DNA of 64,000 bases from Candidatus Methylomirabilota bacterium. Its GTDB lineage: Bacteria; Methylomirabilota; Methylomirabilia; Rokubacteriales; CSP1-6. Every line of letters starts with the position of its first letter. The stretch's first letter is position 1. This document shows positions 25,706-37,200 of the stretch, one piece after another. Below the pieces are notes generated by a model, which was not told where the DNA came from, ran no database searches, and was given only the letters and a program-made list of their open reading frames with translations. The position numbers and the translations under genes were made by a program. The DNA is taken from NCBI GenBank assembly GCA_035635755.1, contig DASQAK010000198.1, positions 12,710-76,709 on the forward strand, in the 5' to 3' direction.

Positions 25706-26563
25706 ATGGCCATCAAGCAGGTCGGCGTCATCGGCTGTGGGCTCATGGGTTCCGGCATCGCGCAGGTCTCGGCGCAGGCGGGCTTCCCCACCGTCGTGAT
25801 CGAAGCCAACCAGGGCTTCCTCGACAAAGGTCTCGCGGGCATCCGCAAGAGCCTGGAGGCGCAGGTGGCCAAGGCGAGGATGGAGGCCCGCGCCAAGGAC
25901 GAGACGCTCGGGCGGATCAAGGGCTCGATCCAGTTCGAGGACCTCAAGGACTGCGATCTCGTCATCGAGGCGATCACCGAGAACCAGACCCTCAAGAACG
26001 AGACCTTCGCCCGGCTGGACGCCATCTGCCGGCCGCATGCCCTGCTCGCCTCGAACACCTCGTCGTGCACGATCACGGCCATGGCCGCGGCGACGAAGCG
26101 GCCCGGGCAGGTGCTGGGGTTGCATTTCTTCAACCCCGTTCCCTTGATGAAGCTCGTGGAGGTCGTGCAGTCCATCCTGACCGACGAGGCCACCGTCAGC
26201 GGGGCCTACGAGTGGGTGCAGGCGGTGGGCAAGGTGCCCGTCAAGACCAAGGACTCCACGGCCTTCATCGTCAATCGCCTGCTCGTGCCCTATCTTCTCG
26301 ACGCCATCCGCGTCTACGAGGGCGGGCTCGCCACCCTCGAGGACATCGACCAGGCCATGAAGCTGGGCTGCGGCTACCCCATGGGCCCCTTCACCCTGCT
26401 CGATCTCGTCGGGCTCGACACGACCATGTTCGTGGCGGAAGTCATGTTCGAGGAGTTCCGCGAACCCCGCTACGCCCCGCCGCCGCTCCTCAAGCGCATG
26501 GTCATGGCGGGGCGCCTGGGACGGAAGTCCGGCCGGGGCTTCTACGATTACGCGCAGAAATAG
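25706..26563 (+). CDS. hbd: 3-hydroxybutyryl-CoA / 3-hydroxyacyl-CoA dehydrogenase (NAD-binding)
   Basis: GGGAGG precedes the ATG. Rossmann motif VGVIGCGLMGSGIAQV. Also FFNPVPLMKLVEV, and the C-terminal domain ..GCGYPMGPFTLLDLVGLD... Confidence 0.92.
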   Translation: MAIKQVGVIGCGLMGSGIAQVSAQAGFPTVVIEANQGFLDKGLAGIRKSLEAQVAKARMEARAKDETLGRIKGSIQFEDLKDCDLVIEAITENQTLKNETFARLDAICRPHALLASNTSSCTITAMAAATKRPGQVLGLHFFNPVPLMKLVEVVQSILTDEATVSGAYEWVQAVGKVPVKTKDSTAFIVNRLLVPYLLDAIRVYEGGLATLEDIDQAMKLGCGYPMGPFTLLDLVGLDTTMFVAEVMFEEFREPRYAPPPLLKRMVMAGRLGRKSGRGFYDYAQK

Positions 26564-26594
26564 ATAGCCGGCGCCTCGGCCAAGGACGCCCTCC

Positions 26595-27746
26595 ATGCAG
26601 AATCTCTTCTACCTCACGAACGAGCAGCGGGCCATCCGCGATCTGGCCCGCGACATCGCGCGCGAGCGGATCGCTCCCCGGGCCGCTCACGTGGACGAGA
26701 CGGGCGAGTACCCTCGGGAGCAGCTGGCCGCCCTCGCCAAGCAGGGCCTCATGGGGCTGCACATCCCCGAGCAGTACGGGGGCAGCGCGGCGGGCGCGCT
26801 GGCCTTCTGTCTCGCGGCCGAAGAAGTCGCCTGGGCCTGCGCCTCGACCTCGACCATCTTCCTCGTGCAGAACCTCGGCGGCTATCCCATCCTTTTCGCG
26901 GGCACCGAGGCGCAGAAGCGCCGCTACCTCCCGCGCATCGCCGCGGGAGAGATCACCGCCGCGTTTTCACTCTCAGAGTCCGGCTCGGGCTCCGACGCCG
27001 CCGCCGTCACCTGCGCGGCCGTGCGCAAGGGTGATCGGTACATCGTCAACGGATCGAAGATGTGGGTGACCAACGGCTCTCACGCCGGCATCATCACGGT
27101 GTTCGTGTCCACGGACAAGGCCAAGCGCGCCAAGGGCGTCACCGCCCTCCTCGTCGAGCCCGGCATGAAGGGATTCAGCGTCGGCAAGCCGGAGAGGAAG
27201 CTCGGAATTCACGGAAGCCCGACGGTGTCGCTGCACTTCACCGATTGCGAGGTGCCCGTGGACAATCGCCTCGGCGACGAGGGGCAGGGGTTTCCCGTGG
27301 CCATGCGGACGCTGCAGCAGTCGCGGCCGACCATCGGCGCCCAGGCCGTGGGAATCGGCCAGGCCGCGCTCGATGCCGCGGTGTCCTACGCCCGCGAGCG
27401 GCGTGCCTTCGACCAGCCCATCGGCGCCTTCCAGGGCATCCAGTTCATGCTCGCGGACATGGCCATGGCCGTGCACGCCTCACGCCTGACCGTGCATCAC
27501 GCGGCCGGGCTCATCGATCGAGGGGAGACGCAGACCGCGATGGAGGCGTCCTTCGCCAAGTGCCTGGCCTCGGACAGCGCCATGAAGGTGGCCACGGACG
27601 CCGTGCAGGTGCTGGGCGGCTACGGGTATACGCGGGAGTTCCCCGTCGAGCGGTTCATGCGGGACGCCAAGATCACGCAGATCTACGAAGGCACCAACCA
27701 GATCCAGCGCCTGGTGATCGCCCAGCATCTCCTGGGCAAGCTCTGA
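26595..27746 (+). CDS. Short-chain (butyryl-CoA-type) acyl-CoA dehydrogenase
   Basis: 383 aa. ..FSLSESGSGSDAAA.., and ..RDAKITQIYEGTNQIQRLVIA.. containing the catalytic Glu. Confidence 0.92.
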   Translation: MQNLFYLTNEQRAIRDLARDIARERIAPRAAHVDETGEYPREQLAALAKQGLMGLHIPEQYGGSAAGALAFCLAAEEVAWACASTSTIFLVQNLGGYPILFAGTEAQKRRYLPRIAAGEITAAFSLSESGSGSDAAAVTCAAVRKGDRYIVNGSKMWVTNGSHAGIITVFVSTDKAKRAKGVTALLVEPGMKGFSVGKPERKLGIHGSPTVSLHFTDCEVPVDNRLGDEGQGFPVAMRTLQQSRPTIGAQAVGIGQAALDAAVSYARERRAFDQPIGAFQGIQFMLADMAMAVHASRLTVHHAAGLIDRGETQTAMEASFAKCLASDSAMKVATDAVQVLGGYGYTREFPVERFMRDAKITQIYEGTNQIQRLVIAQHLLGKL

Positions 27747-27793
27747 CGCGCGCAGCCTCGGAAGAGAAGTAGCCGTCTTTCGCCCGCTCACCG

Positions 27794-27834
27794 ACACAGC
27801 CCGCGGCCGGGACCATCCCGGCCGCGGGCTGTGT
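27794..27834 (+). terminator. Perfect 19-bp GC-rich hairpin (ACACAGCCCGCGGCCGGGA / TCCCGGCCGCGGGCTGTGT, 3-nt loop)
   Basis: It lies 48 nt after the acyl-CoA dehydrogenase stop and 19 nt before livH. There is no U-tract, so it may act as a terminator, attenuator or mRNA-stabilising element. Confidence 0.5.
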
Positions 27835-27852
27835 TAAGGTGCCGGACAGTCC

Positions 27853-28725
27853 ATGGACCTCGTGCTGATCGCCCAGGGCCTTCTCAACGGCCTCTTGTTC
27901 GGAGGGGTCTACAGCCTCATGGCGGTGGGCCTGACCCTGATCTTCGGCGTCATGCGCGTGGTCAACTTCGCCCACGGCGACATGATGGTCTGGGGCATGT
28001 ACCTGGCCTTCCTGCTCGCCACGCGCCTCGGGCTCGATCCCTACGCGGGCTTTCCCCTGTGCGCGGCTGCCCTCTTCGCCCTGGGCTTCGTCGTGCAGCG
28101 CCGACTGGTCAACCGCATCATCGACGCCCCGCACGAGATGCAGATCCTCCTCATGCTCGGCATCGCCGTCGTGCTGGAAAATGGCGCCCTCGTGGTCTTC
28201 GGCCCCGACCCCCGGCGCGTGAAGTCCTTCCTCGCTCTCTCCACCGTCTGGCTGGGTCCCCTCTTCGTGGACGTGGCGCGGCTCGTGACGTTCCTGCTCG
28301 CCGGCGTGCTCACGGGGCTCCTCTATCTCTTCTTGTTCAGGACGGATCTTGGCCGCAGCATGCGGGCGGCCGCCGACAATCCATACGGGGCCGCCGTCAT
28401 CGGCACCGATGTCCGACGCGTGTACGCGGTGGCCTTCGGCATCGGCGCGGCCTGCGTGGGGGCGGCGGGCGCCCTGGTGGCGCCCTTCTATCCCTTTCAG
28501 CCCTCCGTGGGACTGGGAGCGAGCGTGACGTCGTTCAACATCGTCATCATCGGCGGCATGGGCAGCCTGCCCGGAGCCTTCCTTGGCGGCCTCCTCGTGG
28601 CGGTGGCCGAATCCCTCGGCGCCGTCTTCCTCTCGCCGTCGCTGAAGGAGCTCGTCTCCTTCTCCCTGCTCATCCTGATCCTCCTCTTCAGGCCGGCCGG
28701 CCTCTTCGGGGGCAAGGTCGCGTGA
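27853..28725 (+). CDS. livH: Branched-chain-amino-acid-type ABC permease (LivH family)
   Basis: 290 aa, about 8 TM segments. Motifs ..GVMRVVNFAHGD.. and ..IIGGMGSLPGAFLGG... Confidence 0.9.
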   Translation: MDLVLIAQGLLNGLLFGGVYSLMAVGLTLIFGVMRVVNFAHGDMMVWGMYLAFLLATRLGLDPYAGFPLCAAALFALGFVVQRRLVNRIIDAPHEMQILLMLGIAVVLENGALVVFGPDPRRVKSFLALSTVWLGPLFVDVARLVTFLLAGVLTGLLYLFLFRTDLGRSMRAAADNPYGAAVIGTDVRRVYAVAFGIGAACVGAAGALVAPFYPFQPSVGLGASVTSFNIVIIGGMGSLPGAFLGGLLVAVAESLGAVFLSPSLKELVSFSLLILILLFRPAGLFGGKVA

Positions 28726-29678
28726 GGCTCTGGCCCCTCGGTCTCGCCCTGGTCGCCCTCGCCGCGCTGCCTCCCTTCATCGGCTCGTACGCGGTCACCC
28801 TTTTCACCCTGATCTTCTTCTACGCCTACCTGGGCCAGGCCTGGAACATCCTCGGGGGATACGCGGGACAGCTCTCCGCCGGCCATGCGGCCTTCGTGGG
28901 CATCGGCGCCTACGTCACCGCCGTCCTGTCGCTCCGGCTGGGCCTCACCCCCTGGATCGGCATGTTCGTGGGCGCGGCCGCGGCGGCCCTGCTCGGCGCC
29001 ATCATCGGCTACCTGGGCTTCCGCTTCGGGCTGCGCGGCTTCTACTTCGTGCTCCTCACCGTGGCCTTCGCCGAGGTGTGCCGGATCATCGCCCTGAACA
29101 CCGAGGCGGTGGGCGGCGCCGTCGGGCTCTACATCACGTTCACGGGCAATCCCGCGCAGTTCCAGTTCCAGAACCCCCGGGCCTACTACTACATCGCGCT
29201 CGTCCTGATGACCGGCGCCACCGTCGCCGTGTGGCGGCTCGAGCGGTCGCGCCTCGGCGCCTACCTGGTCGCCATCCGCGAGGACGAGCAGGCGGCCGAG
29301 GCCCTCGGCATCGACACCTTCCGGTGCAAGCTGCTCGCGAGCGTGCTCTCCGCCTTCCTCACCGGGATCGGCGGGGCCTTCTACGCCTTCTATCAGTTCT
29401 CGCTCCAGCCCAACACGCTCTTCGGCATCCCCCTCTCCGTGGAGATCATCATCCGTCCCATCGTGGGCGGCGCCGGCACGCCGCTGGGGCCGGTCCTCGG
29501 CTCCTTCATCCTCTCCCCGCTCGCCGAGCTTTCCCGGAGCTACTTCGCGGCCACCGGCTGGTCGGGCGGCCATCTCATCGTGTACGGCTCGCTCCTCATC
29601 GCCGTGGTGCTCTTCCTGCCCGAGGGCGCCGCCCCCTTCGTGGCGCGCCTCGCGCGATCGTGGAGGATGGCGCGCTGA
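28722..29678 (+). CDS. livM: Branched-chain-amino-acid-type ABC permease (LivM family)
   Basis: The GTG at 28722 overlaps the livH stop (GTGA). ..LGQAWNILGGYAGQLSAGHAAFVGIGAY... Confidence 0.88.
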   Translation: MRLWPLGLALVALAALPPFIGSYAVTLFTLIFFYAYLGQAWNILGGYAGQLSAGHAAFVGIGAYVTAVLSLRLGLTPWIGMFVGAAAAALLGAIIGYLGFRFGLRGFYFVLLTVAFAEVCRIIALNTEAVGGAVGLYITFTGNPAQFQFQNPRAYYYIALVLMTGATVAVWRLERSRLGAYLVAIREDEQAAEALGIDTFRCKLLASVLSAFLTGIGGAFYAFYQFSLQPNTLFGIPLSVEIIIRPIVGGAGTPLGPVLGSFILSPLAELSRSYFAATGWSGGHLIVYGSLLIAVVLFLPEGAAPFVARLARSWRMAR

Positions 29679-30409
29679 GCTTTCTCGAGGTGCGCGGGCT
29701 CTCCAAGCGCTTCGGAGGTCTCCTCGCCGTGGAGAGAGTCGATCTGACCATGGCCGACGGCGACATGCTCGGCCTCATCGGGCCCAACGGGGCGGGGAAG
29801 ACCACCGTCTTCAATCTGCTCTCGGGCTTTCTCGCTCCCGACGCGGGCGAGATCCGGTTCCGCGAGCGGCGCCTCGGGGGGCTCAAGCCGCATGACATCT
29901 GCCGGCTCGGGCTCGCGCGCACCTTCCAGATCGTGCGACCCTTCGCGCGGCTCTCCGTGCTCGACAACGTCAAGGTCGCCGCGCTGGCCCGCCATCCCGC
30001 CATGGCGGATGCGCTCGCCGCGGCGCGGGCGGTCCTGGAGCGGGTGGGGCTCGTCGACCGGGCCTCCGAGCTCGCCTCGCGCCTCACCCTGGCCGACCGT
30101 AAGCGCCTCGAGCTGGCCCGAGCGCTCGCCACGGAGCCGACTCTCCTCTTGCTTGACGAGGTGATGGCCGGGCTCAACGCCACCGAGATCGACGCCATGG
30201 TCCGGCTCATCGGCGCCATCAACTCGGGGGGGATCTCCGTCCTCCTCATCGAGCACAACATGCGGGCCGTCATGTCGCTCTCGCACCGGGTCATCGTGCT
30301 GTCCTTCGGGGAGAAGATCGCCGAGGGCACCCCCCGCGCCGTGGCCGCCGACCGCCGGGTCATCGAGGCCTATCTCGGAGACGAGTATGTCCATCCTGCT
30401 GCGCATTGA
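29660..30409 (+). CDS. livG: ABC ATP-binding protein (LivG family); start uncertain
   Basis: A GTG at 29660 overlaps the end of livM. Walker A GPNGAGKTT, Walker B LLLLDE, H-loop IEHNM. Confidence 0.88.
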   Translation: MEDGALSFLEVRGLSKRFGGLLAVERVDLTMADGDMLGLIGPNGAGKTTVFNLLSGFLAPDAGEIRFRERRLGGLKPHDICRLGLARTFQIVRPFARLSVLDNVKVAALARHPAMADALAAARAVLERVGLVDRASELASRLTLADRKRLELARALATEPTLLLLDEVMAGLNATEIDAMVRLIGAINSGGISVLLIEHNMRAVMSLSHRVIVLSFGEKIAEGTPRAVAADRRVIEAYLGDEYVHPAAH

Positions 30410-31100
30410 CGGCATCCAGGTCGGCTACGGTGACATGACGGCCGTCCACGAGGCCTCGCTCGAGGTCCGCCAGGGCGAGACGGTGGCTCTCATCGGCGGC
30501 AACGGGGCGGGCAAGACCACGACCCTGCGCGCCGTGTCGGGGCTCCTGCCTCTCCGCCGCGGGCACATCGAGCTCGACGGCCGGCGCCTCGACGGCCTCG
30601 GAAGCGCCGACGTCGTCGGGCTCGGCGTCGCGCACGTGCCCGAGGGGCGGCAGCTCTTCCCGACCATGACCGTCAGGGAGAACCTCGAGCTCGGGGCCCG
30701 ATCGAGCGAGGCCCGGCGGCAGCGGATCGAGACACTGCAGTGGGTGTTCGAGCTGTTTCCCCGGCTCTCCGAGCGCCAGGGGCAGCTGGCGGGCACGCTG
30801 TCGGGCGGAGAGCAGCAGATGTGCGCCATCGGCCGGGGCCTCATGGCCAAGCCACGACTTCTCATGCTCGACGAGCCGAGCCTCGGCCTCGCCCCCGTCA
30901 TGGTCAAGCTCATCTTCGATAATCTCGAGCGCATCAACGCGGAGGGGTTGACCATCCTCCTTGTCGAGCAGAACGTGCTGCGCTCGCTGCAGCTCTGCCA
31001 CCGGGGCTATGTCCTGGAAAACGGGCGGATCACTCTGGAAGGCCCCCGCGAGAGCCTGCTCCAGAGCCCACATATCAAGCAGGCATATCTGGGGCTATAG
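30387..31100 (+). CDS. livF: ABC ATP-binding protein (LivF family)
   Basis: Walker A GGNGAGKTT, signature LSGGEQQM, Walker B LLMLDEPS. 237 aa. Confidence 0.92.
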   Translation: MSILLRIDGIQVGYGDMTAVHEASLEVRQGETVALIGGNGAGKTTTLRAVSGLLPLRRGHIELDGRRLDGLGSADVVGLGVAHVPEGRQLFPTMTVRENLELGARSSEARRQRIETLQWVFELFPRLSERQGQLAGTLSGGEQQMCAIGRGLMAKPRLLMLDEPSLGLAPVMVKLIFDNLERINAEGLTILLVEQNVLRSLQLCHRGYVLENGRITLEGPRESLLQSPHIKQAYLGL

Positions 31101-31173
31101 CAGGGGTTGTAGGCCAGTCCCCAGCCACACCCGCTCCCTGGTCACGAAAAGCGGCATCGAGCCTCCAGGAAAG

Positions 31174-31202
31174 TTGCAGTATCGGGCACTTACGAATATG
31201 CT
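31174..31202 (+). promoter_or_regulatory. Candidate sigma70-type promoter TTGCAG-17 nt-TATGCT upstream of the giant kinase
   Basis: Read by eye in the 140-bp spacer. The direct repeat CTGGTCACG occurs at 31138-31146 and 31201-31209, the latter abutting the -10 hexamer. Confidence 0.3.
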
Positions 31203-31240
31203 GGTCACGCCGGGAGACCTACCGTCCCCGGACGTCGTCC

Positions 31241-34200
31241 ATGCGCTTCTCGACACGGCATCTCGTTTTCGTGGCGTCCCTGGCCACGCTGGTTCTCAGC
31301 GGCCTGGGCATGGGTGGGGTCGCGGTCACCCTGCGACATCTCTCCTTCGCCCGCCAGGAGGCGGTGGCGCGAGGTCAGGAGACCGCGGGGCTCCTCATCG
31401 CCGACGCGCAGGCGGCCTTGCGCCGCGAGGCCGGCCTCCTGGCTCGAGACGCGGCCCTCGTGGACGGTGTCGCAAAGGGCGACTGGGCCACCCTCGTGCG
31501 AGGTGTGTCACCCCGGCTGGCCGATCTGACCCTCGAAGGCATCGCCGATCTCGTCGTCATTCTCGACGACACGGGCAGCCCCATTCTCCAGGCCCCGCCC
31601 CAGACGCAGACCGCGCTCGCGAATCCGATCGCGCTGGCCAAGGCGCCGCCCTCGCTGATCTCCGTGGGCGATCGCCCGTACATCATCGCGTCCGCTCAGG
31701 TGCGGCTACCGGGGGAGAGATCCGACGGACGCCCCATCGGCTTCGTCCTCGTGGCGCGAAGGCTCGAAAATATCGCGCCGGCCATCGGGAGTCCCGACCG
31801 GCCCGCTCTCGTCTTCATCGAGGGCGGCCGTAGCGTAGCCATCGGCCTGGGAGCTCCCGCGCAGATCGACTGGTCCCGGGCCACGGCCTCGGGACGCCTG
31901 ATGCTGCCCGACGGCCGCGCCTACCTCGTGCGCCCGGCGAGCCAGGCCATGGTCTCGTCGCCAGGGCAGGGACGGCTCTGGGTCCTGTCGGGCGATGTCG
32001 GTGCCTCGCAGCGGTCGAGGCTCCTGGCCTGGCTCGGCGGCCTCGGAGTGGTCGCCTTGGCGAGCGCAGTGGCCGCGCTGCTCCTGGCCCGTCCCTCACC
32101 GGGAGGCCGGGCGAGCAAGACTACCCCGTTCATGCCCTTCGAGACGCAGGATCCCGACGCGGAGCTCCAGCGCCGTAACCGCGAGCTCGAAGCCCTCAAC
32201 GCCGTCGCCCTCAGCATGGGCCGCTCCGCCGACGTGCTGGCCACGGCGGGAGAGATGCTGGACGTCGTGCGCGCCCTCGCCCAGATGGACGTCGGAGGCG
32301 TGCACCGTGTCGACCCCACCGCGGGCACCCTGACCCTCATCGCCCAGCGCGGACTCTCGCCCGAGTTCGCCGAGCAGATTCGCGTGAGGCCGCTGGACGG
32401 CTCCTATGTGGGCGAGGCGGCACGGACGGGGCGCCTCATCGTGACTCACATCGATCCCGCCTCCATCACGGACCCGAAGCTGACTCAGCTCCAGGCCACG
32501 CGGGCCCATCGCAGTCAGCTCGCTCTCCCCATTCCCGTCAAAGGCAGGACGTGGGGGGTCATGTCGCTCATCTCGCAGGAGCGGCGCGACTTCCCGCAGG
32601 AGGAAGTCAAGGTCCTCGAGTCCGTGGCTCACCAGATCGGTCAGGTGGTCGAGCGGTCCATGCTCCTCGCCGAGATGGAAGAGCAGAGCCGCCGGCTCGA
32701 GACCCTCGCGGAGAGCGGCCACGCCCTCACGGCGGCCCGCTCCCTGGGCGACGTGCTGAACGCCGTCGTGAGCGCCGCGCGCCGGCTCGTCTCCGACGGA
32801 GCCGCCCGCCTCGCCCTCGTGGAAGGCGACCGGCTGGTCTTCCGTGCCACCGCGGGTCTGCGCGGCAGCGCGCCGGCGGAGATGCTGGAGAGCCTCGGCA
32901 TGGGCGAAGGGCTCGCCGGGCGTGCGGCCCAGAACCGCGCCCCCGTCGTGTGCGAGCGAATCGAGGACGAGCCGGATCTGCTCGGCCGCTCCTGGCTCCT
33001 GGCCGAGGGCTTCGTGGCGGGGGCAGCCCTGCCCCTCCTCGTGCGGGACCGGCTCGTGGGCTCCCTGACCATGCTCACGCGCACTCCCTACGCCTTCGAG
33101 CCGCAGGACATGGACCTCCTGCTCTCCTTCGCCAGTCACGCCGCCATCGCCATCGACAATGCCCAGCTCTTCGCCCAGGAGCAGGCGAGCGCCGCCCGCT
33201 ACCGCGCGCTCTTCGAGATCAGCCGCGCCCTGGCCACGGATCTCGAGGCCGACCCCATCCTGGACGCCATCGTGGAGCGCTGCCAGAATCTGACGGGCGC
33301 GGCCGCGGCGGGCATCTTCCGCGTCGACCCCGAGACGCGCTCCATCGGCTATCTGCGCGCGGCGGGCGTCTCTCAGGAGTTCGTGGCGAGCTTGCGCGTG
33401 CGCGTGGGCGAGGGGACGGCCGGCCGGGCCATCCGCGAGCGGGCGCCCGTGTGGACGGAGGACATCCTCAACGATCCGACCATCGCCCTCGATGAGGCGA
33501 CGCGGCAGCTCGTCGAGCACGAGGGCTACCGGAGCGTGCTCACCGTGCCTGTCCTCATCAAGGGCGAGCCCTGGGGCGGCATCACCATGTACTGGTGGGA
33601 GCCCCACGCGCTCTCCGCGGCGGAGGTCGAGGTGATGACCGCGCTCGCCGACCAGGCGGCGGTGGCCATCGAGAACGCCCGCCTCTTCGCGGACGAGCGG
33701 AGCGGCCGCGCCTATCTTTCCGCCCTCCTCGAGGTCAACAAGAAGATCGGTGCCCTCGGGCCCACCGACGCCCTCCTGACCTCGGTGGCCGAAGAGGCCA
33801 TGCGGCTGCTGGATCTCGACAACGCGGGATTCCGGCTGCTCGAAGGCGATGAGCTGGTGGTGGCGGGCCTCGCTGGCACCGCGCCGGAGACGATGCTGAG
33901 AGCGCGAATCAAGTTGAACGAGGGCGAGAGTCTAGCCGGGCGTGTCGTGGCAACCAGGGCGGCGGTCATCGGTGAACTCGCCGGGCTGCCGGCAATGACG
34001 TCCGAGGTCATGGCGGCCGATCGCCGCCTCGGCTACACGCACTACATGGCTCTCCCCCTCCGCGTGGGCGAGCGCATCATCGGCGTGCTGACGTTCCGCG
34101 CTCGGCGGCTCTTCACCCGACGCGACCAGGAGGTGGCCGAGGCATTCACCGGCCAGGCGGCCATCGCGCTCGAGCATTCGCGGCTCTTCCGGGAGGCGGC

Positions 34201-37200
34201 CCAGCAGGCCGAGCGCCTCCGCTCGCTCGCGCGCGTCAACCAGCTCATCTCCTCCTCGCTGGACACCGACGAGGTCCTGGGGGGCATCGCGCGGGCCGCC
34301 GCGGCCCTCATGGGCGTGCCCGTGGTGTCCGTGTGGGTGGCCGACGGCGACACGGAGAGCTTGAGCGTGCGCGCCTTCTCGGATGCCGCCATGGGCGAGG
34401 CCTTCCCGCTACGGACCATCGCGTTCGGGCAGGGCTCCATCGGCCTCGTCGCCCTGCATCGCCAGGCCCTGTCGATCCCGAACATGGCGGACGACCCGCG
34501 CCAGCTCGGCGAGGACTGGTGGCGCGAGCACGCCCTCACGAGCTTCCTCGGCATGCCCATCGTGCTCCAGGATCGGCTCCTCGGCGTGGTCGCCCTCTGC
34601 GGGCGCGCGCCCTTCCGGCTCGACGCCGACGAGCGCGAGCTCCTCGAGAGCTTCGTCGCCCAGGCCGCCGTGGCCATCCGCAACGCGGGACTCTATGCCC
34701 AGACGGCCCAGCGCCTGGAGCAGACCCGGGCCTTGCTCCAAGTGGCCGAGATCCTGAACGCGTCGCTCGATCCCCAGCAGATGCTGAAGCGCGCCTGCGT
34801 CAAGATCGCCCAGGTCTGCCGCGTCGATCGCTGCTCGGTGGAGCGCTGGAACGACGATGGCGTCACGCCGCTCATGTCCCAGTACGCCGACGGTCGCCGG
34901 GATTCCGCCATGTGGAAGCGATTCACGGAGCAGCGCTCGCATACCCCCGCCGACGTGCCCGCCTATTCCCAGCTCATGAGCACGCTCCGGCCCGTGGTCA
35001 TCCCGGATGTGGCGCAGACGCAGCTTCTTCCGCGCGACTGGGTGGAGGGGTTCGGCTTCAAGACCTGCATGATCGTGCCCCTCATCCGCCAGGGCCGCGT
35101 GATGGGGGCCATCCAGCTCGACTACACGGATCGCCAGCCGCCCTGGGAGCCCTGGCAGGCCGATCTGGCCGTGACCATCGCGGGCCAGCTCGCTCTCGCC
35201 CTCGACAACACGCGGCTCTACGCCGAGGCGCAGGAGCGGCTCCGGGAGACCACGACCCTCCTCGCGGTGAGCCGGGCCCTGTCCGAGATCGACGCGCCGG
35301 ACCAGGTCATGCGCAGCGTGGCGCGCGAGGCGGGCCGCACCTTCGGCGCCGACATGGCGGGTGTCTACCGGTTCGACCCCAAGCAGGAGGCGCTCGTGCC
35401 CGCGGCGGGCTGGCACGTGCCCAAGGACCTGCTCCCGCTCTTCATGACGCGTCCCTTCCGCCTCGACGGCATGCCCGCCCTCGGCGAGGCCTGGCGCTCG
35501 GGCCGCGCGGCCTGGTCGTCCGATGTCAGGAGCGACCCGGGGTTCGCCCAGGCCATCTTCGAGGACCTCGAGCCCCACGCCGTGCTCTTCGCTCCCGCCA
35601 TGGCCCACGGCGCGCCCGTGGGCGCCGTCTTCCTCATCTGGTGGGGTGGTGGGCGGGAGTTCACGACCCAGGAGGTGCGGCTCATCGAAGGCGTGGCCGC
35701 GCAGGTCGGCCTGGCCATGGAGAACTCCGAGCTCGCGCGGCAGACCCGGCTCCGCCTGGAAGAGACGGAGGCCCTGCTCGCCGAGCTGTCCGTCCTGCAC
35801 GATCTCTCCCGCACCGTCACGGGCCAGCTCCATCAGGAGGACGTGGTCGAAGCAATCCAGCGCCAGGTCGCGCGGCTCCTCGACATCCGCAACATGATCC
35901 TCGCCGTGACCGACGAGGCCACGGGCGACCTCGTTCCGCTTCTCCTCCTTCGAGACGGCGCGCGGGTGCTCAACCCGCCGCCCCTCAGCAGCGCGGAGCG
36001 GGAAGGCCTCGCGTCGCTCGTCGCGGAATCCGGCCGCTCGATCCGTACGGATGACTACCTGGGCGAGTGTCGACGCAGGGGAGTGGAGGCGGGCCTGTCC
36101 GCCGTGCCCATGCGGCACTGGATCGGCGTGCCCATGCTCGCGGGCACGCAGGTGGTCGGAGTGCTCGCCCTTCGCAGCGTGGAGCGCCGGTTCACGGAAG
36201 ACGACGAGCGGGTGCTGAGCAATCTTGCCGGCTTGGCTGCCCTTGCCCTGCGCAGCGCCCGCCTCTACCAGGACCGTACACGGGCCTACGAAGAGCTGGC
36301 CCAGGCCCAGGACCAGCTCGTCCGGAGCGAGAAGCTGCGCGCCCTCGGCGAGATGGCCTCGGGCGTCGCGCACGACTTCAACAATCTCCTCGCGGCCATT
36401 CTCGGACGCGCCCAGCTCCTGCTCCAGAGGGTGGAGGATCCCACCGCGCGGCAGTGGCTCCAGATCATCGAGCGCTCGGCCGCCGACGGCGCAAAGACGG
36501 TCCGGCGCCTGCAGGAGTTCACCCGCATCCGGCGGGATCAGCCCGCCGTGGCCGTGGACCTCAACCAGGTCGTGCGGGACGCGCTCGAGATCACGGAGTC
36601 GGCCTGGCGCCTGGAGCCGCCGCGCCGCGGGATTCACATCCAGGTCGTCTCCAAGCTCGAGCCCGATCTGCCCACGACGATCGGCGACCCCTCCGAGCTG
36701 CGCGAGGTGATGACCAACCTGATCCTGAACGCGGTCGACGCCATGCCGCGCGGCGGGACCCTGACCCTCGCCACGGCCAAGCGGAGCGACAAGCTGGAGA
36801 TCCGGATCACCGACACGGGCGTGGGCATTCCGGAGGCGGTGCGGAGCAAGATCTTCGATCCCTTCTTTACGACCAAGGGGCCGAAGGGCACGGGCCTCGG
36901 GCTTTCCATGACCTACGGCATCCTCTCGCGACACGGCGCCACCATCTCCGTCGACAGCGTCGAGGGCCGCGGGACGACCTTCGCCATGCTCTTCCCCGCG
37001 GGCACCGCGGCCAAGGCGCCCGCCCCCGAGGCCCAGCCCGCGCCCGCCGTCTCCTTGCTCCGCTGCCTGGTCGTGGACGACGAGGAAGCCGTGGGCGACG
37101 TGATCGCGGACGTGCTGCGATCGGCCGGGCACACCGCGGAGGTCGCGCGAAGCGCGGGCGAGGGACTCTCGAGGATCAAGACGGAGCCCTTCGACCTCGT

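Noticed and set aside
31137-31155. Sigma54-type -24/-12 promoter (TGGTCACGAAAAGCGGCA).
   Set aside because: The GG-to-GC spacing is one nucleotide short of consensus, and the -12 region lacks TTGC.
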